A stretch of 64,000 bases of DNA. It comes from Acholeplasmataceae bacterium. GTDB taxonomy: Bacteria; Bacillota_I; Bacilli_A; Acholeplasmatales; Acholeplasmataceae. Shown here one piece after another: positions 1 to 8,747 of this stretch. Under the pieces are notes generated by a model. That model was not told the DNA's origin. It saw only the letters and a list, made by a program, of their open reading frames with translations, and searched no databases. The DNA lies in the NCBI GenBank assembly GCA_965657915.1, contig CBFHPN010000006.1, positions 3,057 to 67,056 on the forward strand. Reading direction: 5' to 3'. Position 1 is the first letter of the stretch, and each line of letters begins with the position of its first letter. The translations under genes and the position numbers were made by a program.

Positions 1-792
1 ACAGTGTGTAATGCCTTGAGACCCTTCAACAATGTTTGCAGCATCTTGACCAGTTGCTAAGTAAAAGGCAAGAAGCATATTTGCATAATGTGCGTTCGCT
101 GTAAGAAGACCACCTGAGGCAATAGAACCAATTAAATTCTTTTTAATGTTTAAGTCCACAATTTTTTCAGGTGTTGTTCGTAATGATTGTTCAACAATTT
201 CTCTTGGAATCGTAATCTCAGCAATCACATGTTTACCACGTCCCAAAATTGAATTAACTGCAGATACTTTTTTATCGGTACAGTAATTTCCAGAAACGCT
301 AATATAGTTGAGTTCAGGATATAACGTTAAAATAGCTTCAGCTAATTGATCTGAAGCAAATGTTGTCATATTATGACCCGATGCATTGCCGGTCTCATAT
401 CCGAAACGTAAATATAATAAATTACCGACAATTTTCGCATCGATTTGTTTTAAAAAAGCATATTTAGATTGCTTAGAAATAATCGTTTCTTGAAAATAGT
501 CTTTTTTGGATTGAACATCATCTAACACACGCTTCGCAACACGCGCATTAGGTGCTTCTAACAAAATAGAACGTGTCATCATATCTGATAACACGGTCGT
601 GGTTAAGGTTTTTGCAAGCCTAGTAATTTTCGCACCACGTCCTACAGAATGAAACAACGTTGTTTCGTAAGTAGTAATCGGTGGCGCAAGCTCGATATGC
701 GATTGAGATTGAGTTAAATAATGCATGTCTGCAAAATAAATAGGACCAACAACTTGTGTTGGGATGCCTGTAAAATACAATTGGTTTTTCAT
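1..792 (-). CDS. HMG-CoA reductase, class I-type catalytic core, N-terminal ~264 codons (3' end lies outside the window)
   Basis: Not in the ORF track because no stop falls in the window. The minus-strand frame opens at ATG 792..790 and stays open to base 1. My translation reads MKNQLYFTGIP..TTYETTLFHSVGRGAK..GNASGHNM..SGNYCTDKKVSAVNSILGRGKHV..ATGQDAANIVEGS, matching class I HMGR core motifs (NYCTDKK, GQDAA). Confidence 0.75.
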   Translation of the reverse strand, partial: MKNQLYFTGIPTQVVGPIYFADMHYLTQSQSHIELAPPITTYETTLFHSVGRGAKITRLAKTLTTTVLSDMMTRSILLEAPNARVAKRVLDDVQSKKDYFQETIISKQSKYAFLKQIDAKIVGNLLYLRFGYETGNASGHNMTTFASDQLAEAILTLYPELNYISVSGNYCTDKKVSAVNSILGRGKHVIAEITIPREIVEQSLRTTPEKIVDLNIKKNLIGSIASGGLLTANAHYANMLLAFYLATGQDAANIVEGSQGITHC

Positions 793-901
793 AAAAGACC
801 TACCTAAAGTGGACTTACTTATATTTTACACTATTTAAGGGATATTTATTTATATTTTGCGATATTAAATAGAAAAAGCATATTTTCACATGAATGTAAT
901 G

Positions 902-937
902 CACAGTATTGTGTAATACACAACACTGTGTTATAAT
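902..937 (+). promoter_or_regulatory. padR promoter (extended -10 TGTTATAAT at 929..937) overlapped by a 29-bp near-perfect palindrome; candidate PadR operator
   Basis: cacagtATTGTGTAaTACACAAcactgtg (902..930) is its own reverse complement apart from 2 symmetric mismatches. The inner TGTGTA-n-TACACA is perfect. TGnTATAAT follows directly. Confidence 0.5.
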
Positions 938-953
938 CATGGTAGGAGAATTT

Positions 954-1304
954 ATGGAAGCTCAATTTAAAAAAGGAATCATTGAATTATGCATTTTAAC
1001 ACTTATTGCACATGAAGACATGTATGGTTATCAAATCATAAAGTCATTTGAAAATGTGATCGATGTGAGTGATAATACGGTTTATCCCATTCTTAGAAGA
1101 CTCACACTAGAACAATATTTTGAAACATATTTAGTGCCATCCAATGAAGGCGCACCTAGAAAAATGTATCAAATCAGTCATAAAGGACTTAATCATCTTA
1201 CAGCATTAAGACAAACCTGGGATCAGTTTATTGGTGGTGTCTATCACATATTAAATTTAAAGGAGTTGGATTATGAACACATTCTTAAACGCATTAAAAA
1301 ATGA
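954..1304 (+). CDS. PadR family transcriptional regulator
   Basis: ORF track 909..1304. I prefer ATG 954, preceded by GGTAGGAGA. Winged-helix PadR signature: ELCILTLIAHEDMYGYQIIK...VSDNTVYPILRRL...RKMYQISHKG. Confidence 0.85.
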   Translation: MEAQFKKGIIELCILTLIAHEDMYGYQIIKSFENVIDVSDNTVYPILRRLTLEQYFETYLVPSNEGAPRKMYQISHKGLNHLTALRQTWDQFIGGVYHILNLKELDYEHILKRIKK

Positions 1305-2208
1305 ATTATTAGTTTCAGGATTTTCATCAAAAGAAGTAGAAGAAATTTTAAAAGACTATGAAGAAATGATTTCTCAAGCGATGAGACAAGGCTTAAGTGA
1401 ACATTCGATAGAAGACACGTTTGGAACCGTGAAGCAAATTGTTGATGAAATTAAATCTGACCATCATCCAAAACAGTTAGAAGATATCGGAGAAGAAGTT
1501 CAGTCATATAATATTGATGAAATTAAAGACATTGATATTGATTTAGTCAACGAAGACATTAAACTATCCACACACGATGAATCTTATTTTAAGTTAACGT
1601 ATGATGGTATATTAGATAAAAATCGAATTTTAATTGAGGTACAAAATCAAACACTCACGATAAAAAACAGAAAAAAATACCATGGCTTTAAAAAAGAAAG
1701 AAACAAATTATCGTTTTATCTATATGTTCCTAAGCAAGTACGTTTAAATACAGTGGCAGTAGGGAGTATCAACGGTGAAATCGTAGTTTCAAATATCACA
1801 GGCAATCAATTAAAAGCCTATAGTGTAAATGGGTTAACAAAACTCGCTGAAAATGAGTTTTTAGAAATTAAATTTGATGGTGTCAATGCGAAAACATGGA
1901 TTCAAAAAAACTTTTCTGACACACTTAATGCAAAAACAGTGTCTGGAAAACTAGAAATAGAACATAATGATGTCAATGAAAAAATGAGTATTACAACTGT
2001 TTCTGCGCATGTCAATCTCACTGAAACCATGCCACAAGAACTCAAAATCAATACAGTGAGTGGACATATCGAAAGCAAAGAGTGTTATCCTGAAAAACTA
2101 TCATTAAATACCATTTCAGGTAACGTAAAATTCAGCAACAAAGACAAAACAAAACACATACTTATCGCAAACAAAAACAGTATTAGCGGTAAAATCATTT
2201 TTAATTAA
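1273..2208 (+). CDS. DUF1700-like N-terminus plus DUF4097-like beta-rich C-terminal repeats (typical PadR partner protein)
   Basis: Overlaps the padR 3' end; SD AAGGAG precedes ATG 1273. The N-terminus MNTFLNALKNELLVSGFSSKEVEEILKDYEEMI resembles DUF1700. The C-terminus has repeated ..VSG.I.. / INT(V/I)SG.. units. Confidence 0.6.
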   Translation: MNTFLNALKNELLVSGFSSKEVEEILKDYEEMISQAMRQGLSEHSIEDTFGTVKQIVDEIKSDHHPKQLEDIGEEVQSYNIDEIKDIDIDLVNEDIKLSTHDESYFKLTYDGILDKNRILIEVQNQTLTIKNRKKYHGFKKERNKLSFYLYVPKQVRLNTVAVGSINGEIVVSNITGNQLKAYSVNGLTKLAENEFLEIKFDGVNAKTWIQKNFSDTLNAKTVSGKLEIEHNDVNEKMSITTVSAHVNLTETMPQELKINTVSGHIESKECYPEKLSLNTISGNVKFSNKDKTKHILIANKNSISGKIIFN

Positions 2209-2219
2209 AGGAGATTCAA

Positions 2220-2591
2220 GTGAAATATCATCTAGCACTCATTAAAATTCCTGTAAGTAATATTACGGAATCGTTAAAATTTTATGAGGAACATTTAAAT
2301 ATCAACAATATTTTTTTCGAGGAAACATATGGATGGGCTCAATTTGATCTAGACGGAATCCCTTTTGCATTATATCAAGTTAAACTTGGTGGTGGTGAAA
2401 GAACGTTAGGTGGCTCCATTGATTTTCATCTAGCATTAGATGAACGTGAATTTAAGGTACGCTCAAAAAAATGGTTAGATCTCGGCATACTCTTTGAAAA
2501 TATGATTCATCAAGGCAATGATGGTTCATCCTTTGTTGAGTTAGAAGATCCAGATCATAATACATTGAAGATAATGATGATAAAAAAATAG
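2220..2591 (+). CDS. VOC (glyoxalase/bleomycin-resistance fold) family protein
   Basis: GTG start after AAGGAGA. 123 aa with a pattern typical of small VOC proteins (IKIPVSNITESLKFYEEHL, ..FVELEDPDHNTLKI). Confidence 0.5.
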   Translation: MKYHLALIKIPVSNITESLKFYEEHLNINNIFFEETYGWAQFDLDGIPFALYQVKLGGGERTLGGSIDFHLALDEREFKVRSKKWLDLGILFENMIHQGNDGSSFVELEDPDHNTLKIMMIKK

Positions 2592-2613
2592 CCAAATTAA
2601 TTGGCTATTTTTT
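2583..2613. terminator. bidirectional intrinsic terminator
   Basis: atagccaa-attaa-ttggctat hairpin flanked by an A-run and a T-run, between convergent genes. Confidence 0.7.
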
Positions 2614-3353
2614 TATATGTTCATAAAACGGGATAAAAATGTTTTCGTTCTCTCTTTTTTTGGAGATATAAAAAGTTGATCTTGAGGTTGAATCTCAATA
2701 ATTTCACCTTGGTCCATATAGACAACACGATCTGATATTTCTTTAGCAAACGCCATCTCATGCGTGACAATTACCATCGTCATCCCTGTTTTGGCAACAT
2801 CTTTAATGACCTTTAAAACGTCACCTACCATTTCTGGATCAAGTGCACTTGTAGGCTCATCAAATAGCATAATATCTGGATGCATCATCAGGGCTCTTGC
2901 AATTGCAACACGCTGTTTTTGACCACCTGATAATGTTTGAACAGATTGATAGGCAAAGCTTTCAAGACCAACAAGTGATAATTTATCTATTGCCTCTTTA
3001 CACGTTTCTTCATGACTTTTCTGTAGTAATTTTTTTGGCGCTAAAATGAGATTATCGATCACATTTAAATGATTGAATAAATTGAAACTTTGAAACACCA
3101 TGCCCATATTCATGCGGTGTTTATTGATATCAATGGTTGGATCCATTAAATTTTGATTATGATATAAAATTGAGCCACTATTGGGGTGTTCTAATAAATT
3201 TAAACATCTTAATAATGTGGTTTTACCAGAACCAGAAGCACCAATAATCGAAACAACTTCACCTTTGTTGATATCTAAAGAAACCCGATTTAAAACAAGA
3301 TTGTCTCCAAAGGATTTTTCTAGGTTTTCAACTTTTAATAACACATCACTCAT
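2613..3353 (-). CDS. polar amino-acid ABC transporter ATP-binding protein
   Basis: Walker [10 protein letters not shown], signature [15 protein letters not shown], Walker [12 protein letters not shown]. GlnQ/ArtP-like length. Confidence 0.9.
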   Translation of the reverse strand: MSDVLLKVENLEKSFGDNLVLNRVSLDINKGEVVSIIGASGSGKTTLLRCLNLLEHPNSGSILYHNQNLMDPTIDINKHRMNMGMVFQSFNLFNHLNVIDNLILAPKKLLQKSHEETCKEAIDKLSLVGLESFAYQSVQTLSGGQKQRVAIARALMMHPDIMLFDEPTSALDPEMVGDVLKVIKDVAKTGMTMVIVTHEMAFAKEISDRVVYMDQGEIIEIQPQDQLFISPKKERTKTFLSRFMNI

Positions 3354-4093
3354 ACCATTGCTTCCTTTCTTAGAGACGTTTTTTCAAACTTGTTTACAAG
3401 TAGTGATGCAATGAGTGTCATACTTAAATATAAAATCGCTGCAATAAAAAAGCCTTCAGTTGTTCTGTAATTAGGAGAGGTTGCAAGTTGCGTTGCTCTA
3501 AATAATTCTGTGACACCAATGACAGATAAAACAGAGGTATCTTTTAAATTAATAATGAATTCATTGCCGATCGCAGGTAAAGATTGTCTGATTGCTTGTG
3601 GCAACACAATCAATTTCATCGACTGAGCGTGAGAAAACCCTAACGATCTTGAGGCTTCAAGTTGACCATGATCAACACCATTAATACCACTTCTTAATAC
3701 CTCAGTAATATAGGCAGTTGTATTTAACGTGACAACAACAAATCCAGCAACCAGTGGTGTCCAAAAACTGATTTGAAGTCTTGATAACCCATAATAAAAG
3801 ATCATTGCTTGAACCATCATCGGTGTCCCTCTAAAGATCGTAATATAAATATTGATGAATTTTTGAGAGACAATGGTAAAGAAAATAGATACTTTGGATT
3901 GTCTCAAAGTATCTATTTTTGTTGTCCTTACAATCGTGAAAAAGAAGGCGATGATAAAACCGCCAACTGTTCCAATGACCGATAACATAATGGTATAGAA
4001 AATGCCTGTAAAAAAGAATTGTTGATAGGTTGTAATTAAATACCAAACAGTCTCAAAAAAAGCATCTCTAGGAGGTAAAGAAGCAAGAATCAT
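3350..4093 (-). CDS. amino-acid ABC transporter permease (His/Glu/Gln/Arg/opine family)
   Basis: Multi-TM protein. Contains an EAS..LG-type EAA loop ([24 protein letters not shown]). Overlaps the ATPase start by 4 nt. Confidence 0.85.
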   Translation of the reverse strand: MILASLPPRDAFFETVWYLITTYQQFFFTGIFYTIMLSVIGTVGGFIIAFFFTIVRTTKIDTLRQSKVSIFFTIVSQKFINIYITIFRGTPMMVQAMIFYYGLSRLQISFWTPLVAGFVVVTLNTTAYITEVLRSGINGVDHGQLEASRSLGFSHAQSMKLIVLPQAIRQSLPAIGNEFIINLKDTSVLSVIGVTELFRATQLATSPNYRTTEGFFIAAILYLSMTLIASLLVNKFEKTSLRKEAMV

Positions 4094-4923
4094 TATTGTG
4101 GTTGACGCGTTAACGCAGCTTCCATATAATCATTTCTAGTTTCTGTTGAAATTGCATTTAAGGCATCATTAATGGCTGATAATAACGCCGTATCTTCTTG
4201 ACGCAATGCAACCGATACTGTCACATCTTCAGGTGTGACAGTAAAGCCAGAACCATCCGTAAATGTGATAAAACTTAAATTTGAATTCGCCGCAACAATA
4301 CCCATTGCGACAGGCAATTCTGCAACAAATCCATCACTTGCATTATTTAATAACGCAGTCACAAGCGATGCATAATCATTAAGTGCTGCTTGATGATTCA
4401 CACCCGTAATTTGATCGATAAGATCATCTTGAAGTGTCCCTAATTGAGCAACAATTCTTGCACCATTAAAATCATCTAAAGATGTTGCATCTGCATAGTT
4501 ACCATCATTACGAACAACCATGACTTGTTCACTTTGGAAATATGGATCACTAAATGCAACTGTTTGTGCACGTTCTGATGTTGGTGACATCCCTGCAATG
4601 ATTAAATCAATTTCGCCAGCGAGTAATGCTGGAATTAATCCGTCCCATTCGATTGCACGAATTACAAGCGTTAACCCAAGCGCATCTGCAATTTCTTGTG
4701 CCATCACAACGTCAAACCCATCTGCATAAAATCCGGTTTGGTTTGCGATTGGAACTGTAAAACCATTTTCTGTAGGCGTTGCCCAGTTAAAAGGTGCATA
4801 AGCAGCCTCTAAACCTACAACAATCTCAGTTTCTGAGGTGATATCAAAACCACTCTCTGTACTACATGCACTAACTGTAACCACAGCAGTGAATAAAACG
4901 ATGAGTAACAATATTTTTCTCAT
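4093..4923 (-). CDS. amino-acid ABC transporter substrate-binding lipoprotein (predicted lysine-related because of the upstream L-box)
   Basis: ORF track 4093..4977. I prefer ATG 4923 (MRKILLLIVLFTAVVTVSAC, signal peptide plus lipobox Cys) with GAGGAAG upstream. Family-3 SBP-like sequence. Confidence 0.85.
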   Translation of the reverse strand: MRKILLLIVLFTAVVTVSACSTESGFDITSETEIVVGLEAAYAPFNWATPTENGFTVPIANQTGFYADGFDVVMAQEIADALGLTLVIRAIEWDGLIPALLAGEIDLIIAGMSPTSERAQTVAFSDPYFQSEQVMVVRNDGNYADATSLDDFNGARIVAQLGTLQDDLIDQITGVNHQAALNDYASLVTALLNNASDGFVAELPVAMGIVAANSNLSFITFTDGSGFTVTPEDVTVSVALRQEDTALLSAINDALNAISTETRNDYMEAALTRQPQ

Positions 4924-4955
4924 ACTCTCTTCCTCTTTTCTTTGTTTTTTTAACA

Positions 4956-5027
4956 AAAAAAGCATCCAAGAGGACACCTAACGATCAATGGGTTAAATTG
5001 ATTAGCGCCTCTACAAATGTAGGAGTA
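4956..5027 (-). terminator. expression-platform hairpin plus U-run of the lysine riboswitch
   Basis: Minus-strand RNA ..CAUUUGUAGAGGCGCUAAUCAAUUUAACCCAUUGAUCGUUAGGUGUCCUCUUGGAUGCUUUUUUU. This is a long imperfect hairpin (AUCAAU/AUUGAU, AGAGG/CCUCU, CAU/AUG) followed by U7, just upstream of the SD. Confidence 0.55.
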
Positions 5028-5160
5028 CCGTAAGTATTTCTTACAGTCCCATAATTCAACTATGCCTAATTGAATTATTCGGCGATGATTACCTTTCCAA
5101 TTTTTCTAAGAATGCCTTCTCCAAATTGTACTTATTTACACCGCAGCCTCTAATGCTCTT
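5028..5160 (-). promoter_or_regulatory. lysine riboswitch (L-box) aptamer
   Basis: The minus-strand RNA UUAGAGGCUGCGG..AAGUAC..UUUGGAGAAGG..GGAAAGGUAAUCAUCGCCGAAU..UGGGACUGUAAGAAA matches block for block the B. subtilis lysC L-box as I recall it (AGAGGUGCG, AGUA, UUGGAGA, GAAAGG..CGCCGAA, CUGUCAAGAAA). A TATAAT sits at 5181..5176 on the minus strand. Confidence 0.8.
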
Positions 5161-5315
5161 AAATTGTATGATGTAATTATAAATGATAATGTTGATATAT
5201 CAAGTAAAAAGAAATAAAAACGTTTTCAAAGTATTTTGGATTTCAATTTTATCGTAAAAATATCGCCTTTAAAGGATGTGAAGTGATATAATATTTTGTG
5301 AAAAGGAGTATTTTT

Positions 5316-5672
5316 ATGATTACTACATATTCTATAACGGGTGCATTCATTGTTTTATTTTTTTTATTAGCTTCAGTGAACGGCATAAAACAATTTGTTA
5401 AGTCTCCAATTATTGATGCAATTGCAAAGCAACATCGAATATTTGGAATATTCGCAACACTTTCCGCATTTATCCATATGGGATATTCTGTTTCTCAAGG
5501 TCAATTAAGACCGACAGGTGCAATGACGTTATTAGCATTACTGTCAACAGGTTTATTCGGTGCACTTTTTGCAACTAAAAAGAAACCTTGGATGTATGTC
5601 GCACATCGCATCATGGGACCTGTTACTGTTGTTTTAATTGTGATTCATATCATCTTCAATTCAACGATCTAA
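5316..5672 (+). CDS. small 4-TM membrane protein with two H-x13-H helices (possible di-haem cytochrome b-like / DUF4405-like protein)
   Basis: ORF track 5298..5672. I prefer ATG 5316, 7 nt after AAAGGAG. Extended -10 TGATATAAT at 5284..5292. QHRIFGIFATLSAFIH and AHRIMGPVTVVLIVIH are internal repeats. Confidence 0.6.
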   Translation: MITTYSITGAFIVLFFLLASVNGIKQFVKSPIIDAIAKQHRIFGIFATLSAFIHMGYSVSQGQLRPTGAMTLLALLSTGLFGALFATKKKPWMYVAHRIMGPVTVVLIVIHIIFNSTI

Positions 5673-5673
5673 T

Positions 5674-6564
5674 ATGAAAAATATGATCACGTATATAAAA
5701 ACTGTATTTCAAGGATTTCTCATGGGAATTGCGGCAATCATTCCTGGTGTATCCTCAGGTACGGTTGCTGTTTTACTGAAGTTTTATGACAAACTTGTTG
5801 AAGCAGTCGATACCATTGTGAGTTTAAAAAAAGGGTTTATTGCTGCTGGTATATTTATCGTATTAATTTATGGTGGTAACTTCATCGCGTTATTTACATT
5901 AGCTGGCCCTATGAATGATTTACTTGAGAATTTCCCTAATGAAATGAGACTCTTTTTTATTGGACTTATTATTGGGAGTATGCCACTTATCATTAATAAA
6001 ATTCAAGCTCAAGGCAAAACGAATATATTTACTTGGAAACTCATCATTCCTTTTATGTTAAGTGCTGGGTTTTTAATTTTACTCAATATATTTACAGGTG
6101 AAAATACCAATGCTGAACCAATACGAACACTTACGCTTGGTAATAGTTTTTTAATTTTCTTTACAGGGGTGATCGCTTCAGCAACCGCCATCATTCCGGG
6201 TGTGAGTGGCTCTATGGTGCAACTTGCCATTGGCATGTATCCAACATTTACCTATGCGTTAGAAGAGTTTAATATACCGATTTTAATTGTTTTATTTTTT
6301 GGAATGGCGTTAGGGCTTGTTTTTGCAGCAAAACTCATTAGTTTTTTATTAAAACATGCCTATCATGTCACGTATGCAACGATTGTCGGACTACTTGTAG
6401 GATCGGTATTTCAAATATTACCTACATTTTCAGGATCAGAAACAATTCTAAATTATGTTGTTTTTGTTTGTGTATTAAGTTTTGGGTTTTTACTAGCTTA
6501 TGCATCCAATGCATTTGATAGAAAAAAGAAAGTAATTAAAGAAAAGATAACGTCAGAGGTTTAA
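5674..6564 (+). CDS. DUF368 family membrane protein (family linked to polyprenyl-phosphate recycling)
   Basis: Duplicated signature IIPGVSSGTVAVLL and IIPGVSGSMVQLAIG in a ~10-TM protein. Starts 1 nt after the previous stop. Confidence 0.75.
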   Translation: MKNMITYIKTVFQGFLMGIAAIIPGVSSGTVAVLLKFYDKLVEAVDTIVSLKKGFIAAGIFIVLIYGGNFIALFTLAGPMNDLLENFPNEMRLFFIGLIIGSMPLIINKIQAQGKTNIFTWKLIIPFMLSAGFLILLNIFTGENTNAEPIRTLTLGNSFLIFFTGVIASATAIIPGVSGSMVQLAIGMYPTFTYALEEFNIPILIVLFFGMALGLVFAAKLISFLLKHAYHVTYATIVGLLVGSVFQILPTFSGSETILNYVVFVCVLSFGFLLAYASNAFDRKKKVIKEKITSEV

Positions 6565-6565
6565 G

Positions 6566-7219
6566 ATGAAACTCCCATTATTGATGAGAAAAAGTTTAGC
6601 AGAATTTTTTGGTACATTCATGATTGTTTTTATCGGTTTAGGAACAGTTTACTTTGCAAGCGATGCGAATACATTAACAGTTGCGCTCGCATTTGGTTTG
6701 GCAGTTGCTGCTGGGATATTTACATTAGGTCATATTTCTGGAGGACAATTTAATCCAGCGGTTTCAACGGCGATGCTGATTGATAAAAGATTAACACTTA
6801 AAGAGTTTGCAGTTTATGTCGTCTCTCAGTTTGCAGGTGCATTATTTGGACTCGCCTTATTACTTGTGGCATCTCCTGAAGTCGATGCATTTGTTGCGCC
6901 AAACACAAATATCGTCATCATTTTATTTGAAATGTTTGTGACGTATGTGTTTGTGTATGTGATTCTTGCAGTTTCTCAAAGAAAACACTTCGCGCCACAC
7001 GTTGCATTTATTATTGGATTGACGTTAGTCGGTTTGATTTTAGTAAGTGCCAGTGTGACTGGCGCAGCACTTAATCCAGCGGTTATTTTTGCAGCGCTTT
7101 TAATGAGTCAAGGATTACATGTATACTTTGCTTATTTGATAGGGACCTTATCTGGCGCAGTTCTTGCAGCTTTAACATATAACGTTTTAAAATTCAAAGA
7201 TGATCAAACAGTTGAATAA
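6566..7219 (+). CDS. MIP/aquaporin family channel
   Basis: Two NPA boxes (GGQFNPAVS and GAALNPAVI) in a 6-TM protein of 217 aa. Confidence 0.85.
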   Translation: MKLPLLMRKSLAEFFGTFMIVFIGLGTVYFASDANTLTVALAFGLAVAAGIFTLGHISGGQFNPAVSTAMLIDKRLTLKEFAVYVVSQFAGALFGLALLLVASPEVDAFVAPNTNIVIILFEMFVTYVFVYVILAVSQRKHFAPHVAFIIGLTLVGLILVSASVTGAALNPAVIFAALLMSQGLHVYFAYLIGTLSGAVLAALTYNVLKFKDDQTVE

Positions 7220-7251
7220 AAAAAAGCGATGTCTAAGACATCGTTTTTTTT
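7220..7251. terminator. bidirectional intrinsic terminator
   Basis: aaaaaa-gcgatgtc-taa-gacatcgt-tttttttt between convergent genes. The MATE stop codon lies inside the hairpin. Confidence 0.75.
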
Positions 7252-8585
7252 AACTTTTTAAAGATTGCAAGTGTAATAAAATAGAGTAAGAAGGTAGCGA
7301 GCCAGTTAATCACAACAATCCCGTACCATACACCGTCAATTCCCAAATTAAAAGTTGTACCTAAAAGTGGAAAAATAAGTAGTGGTAATAGTTGTCTAAA
7401 TATCCCAATGATAAGTGCAAATAGAGGTTTTTTAATTCCTTGTAAAGCGGATGTATTGACATTGATGATCAAGTACGTGACAAACCCTATCGTATCAATT
7501 CTTAAATACCGAGCACCAATTCTAATAACATCAGGATTAGAATTGAAGATGGACATGAGTAGTGGTGCAAAAATAAAGACGATGACACCACCCGTGATCA
7601 CCAACAGCAGCCCCATTTTCATGGCTGTTTTTTTAGTTTCAGCCATTCGATCAAACTGTTTAGCGCCTAAGTTTTGTCCAATAATCGTAATAATGGCAAC
7701 GTTGAGTCCAATCGAAGGGAGAAGCGCGACTTGTTGGATTCTTAAAGCTGCACCATAAGATGCAACTGAAATATCGCCTCCATATAATAAAACATAGTAA
7801 TTAATAATAAAAACACCAATTGCAATCGCTGCTAAGTTTAATGAAGAAGGGATACCTTGAACAAAGATATCTAACATAACTTTTGGAGATGAATCTTTAA
7901 TAGACATCTTTTTAATGTCAAATAGTTCTGATTTTAATACGTGAGACCCCATATAAATTGTGCCGAAAGATTGAACAAGAATGGTTGCTAACGCAACACC
8001 TTGGGTTCCAAGTTCAGGAAGTCCAAACCATCCAAATATAAAAAGAGGATCCAAAATTAGATTTAAGAAAAACCCGATGACTAAGTAATTTCTAAAAGGT
8101 TTTGTATTACCTTGAGACGAAAGTATCGCATTAAAGACAAAATTCAATAAAAAGAAAATGGCTCCAATAAAAATCGTATTTGTATAGTCTAGTCCGTATT
8201 GAAGTGCTTGACCTGAAGCACCAGCAAGTTCAAACAGAGGTGTGATGATATTAGGTAACACAAAAATAAATAGCAATCCAAAGAATAAACTGATGAGGAG
8301 CGCATTTAAAATGAGTTTATGAAAATCATGAATTTCTTTTTTACCAAGTGCAACAGAAATTAAAGCAGTAAGACCATTTCCAAACCCCGATGCTATGGCA
8401 ATGATAATAAAGAATATAGGAAATGATAACGTTAATCCAGATAAAGCATCGGTTGAGATTTGGCCTGCGAAAATAGTATCGACAACATTAAAAAAAGTAT
8501 TAAACAAAAAACCAATCGATGTAGGGATTGCGATACGTTTAATGTGTTTTGAGATGGATCCCTGAGTTAAATTTGATTGTTGCAT
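7233..8585 (-). CDS. MATE family efflux transporter
   Basis: ORF track 7233..8681. I prefer ATG 8585 (MQQSNLTQGSISKHIKRIAIPT), the typical MATE N-terminus. 12 TM segments. Confidence 0.85.
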   Translation of the reverse strand: MQQSNLTQGSISKHIKRIAIPTSIGFLFNTFFNVVDTIFAGQISTDALSGLTLSFPIFFIIIAIASGFGNGLTALISVALGKKEIHDFHKLILNALLISLFFGLLFIFVLPNIITPLFELAGASGQALQYGLDYTNTIFIGAIFFLLNFVFNAILSSQGNTKPFRNYLVIGFFLNLILDPLFIFGWFGLPELGTQGVALATILVQSFGTIYMGSHVLKSELFDIKKMSIKDSSPKVMLDIFVQGIPSSLNLAAIAIGVFIINYYVLLYGGDISVASYGAALRIQQVALLPSIGLNVAIITIIGQNLGAKQFDRMAETKKTAMKMGLLLVITGGVIVFIFAPLLMSIFNSNPDVIRIGARYLRIDTIGFVTYLIINVNTSALQGIKKPLFALIIGIFRQLLPLLIFPLLGTTFNLGIDGVWYGIVVINWLATFLLYFITLAIFKKLKKTMS

Positions 8586-8691
8586 GATGACCTCACTAAA
8601 TTCATCATATATAAAAAAATCAGATAAGTCTATTTGAATGACTTTACAAGATTTATTTTTTATAACTTTACAAGACAACAAAAAGGCGATG

Positions 8692-8700
8692 TGTTATAAT
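8692..8700 (+). promoter_or_regulatory. extended -10 (TGTTATAAT) of the nqr-like operon
   Basis: Exact TGnTATAAT about 48 nt upstream of ATG 8748. Confidence 0.5.
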
Positions 8701-8747
8701 ATTTTCGTGAAAGTTACGTATGTTTTTATAATTACATGGAGGCATTT

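Noticed and set aside
909-953. Upstream extensions of several ORF-track models: padR 909, SBP 4977, MATE 8681, M48 18899, HeR 30541, crtN 30574, DUF1295 35238, decarboxylase 36479, lipid kinase 43709, YerC 51305, YczE 56700, 5'-nucleotidase 62272
   Set aside because: In each case an internal ATG has a proper SD at 5-9 nt and/or begins the conserved N-terminus (signal peptide, Rossmann motif). The extension often overlaps a promoter -10 box or a terminator.
4957-5160. First impression of a T-box leader (GGUAC-like string, terminator) upstream of the amino-acid ABC operon
   Set aside because: There is no AGAGA/specifier-loop organisation and no UGGUACCGCG T-box sequence. The conserved blocks instead match the lysine riboswitch.
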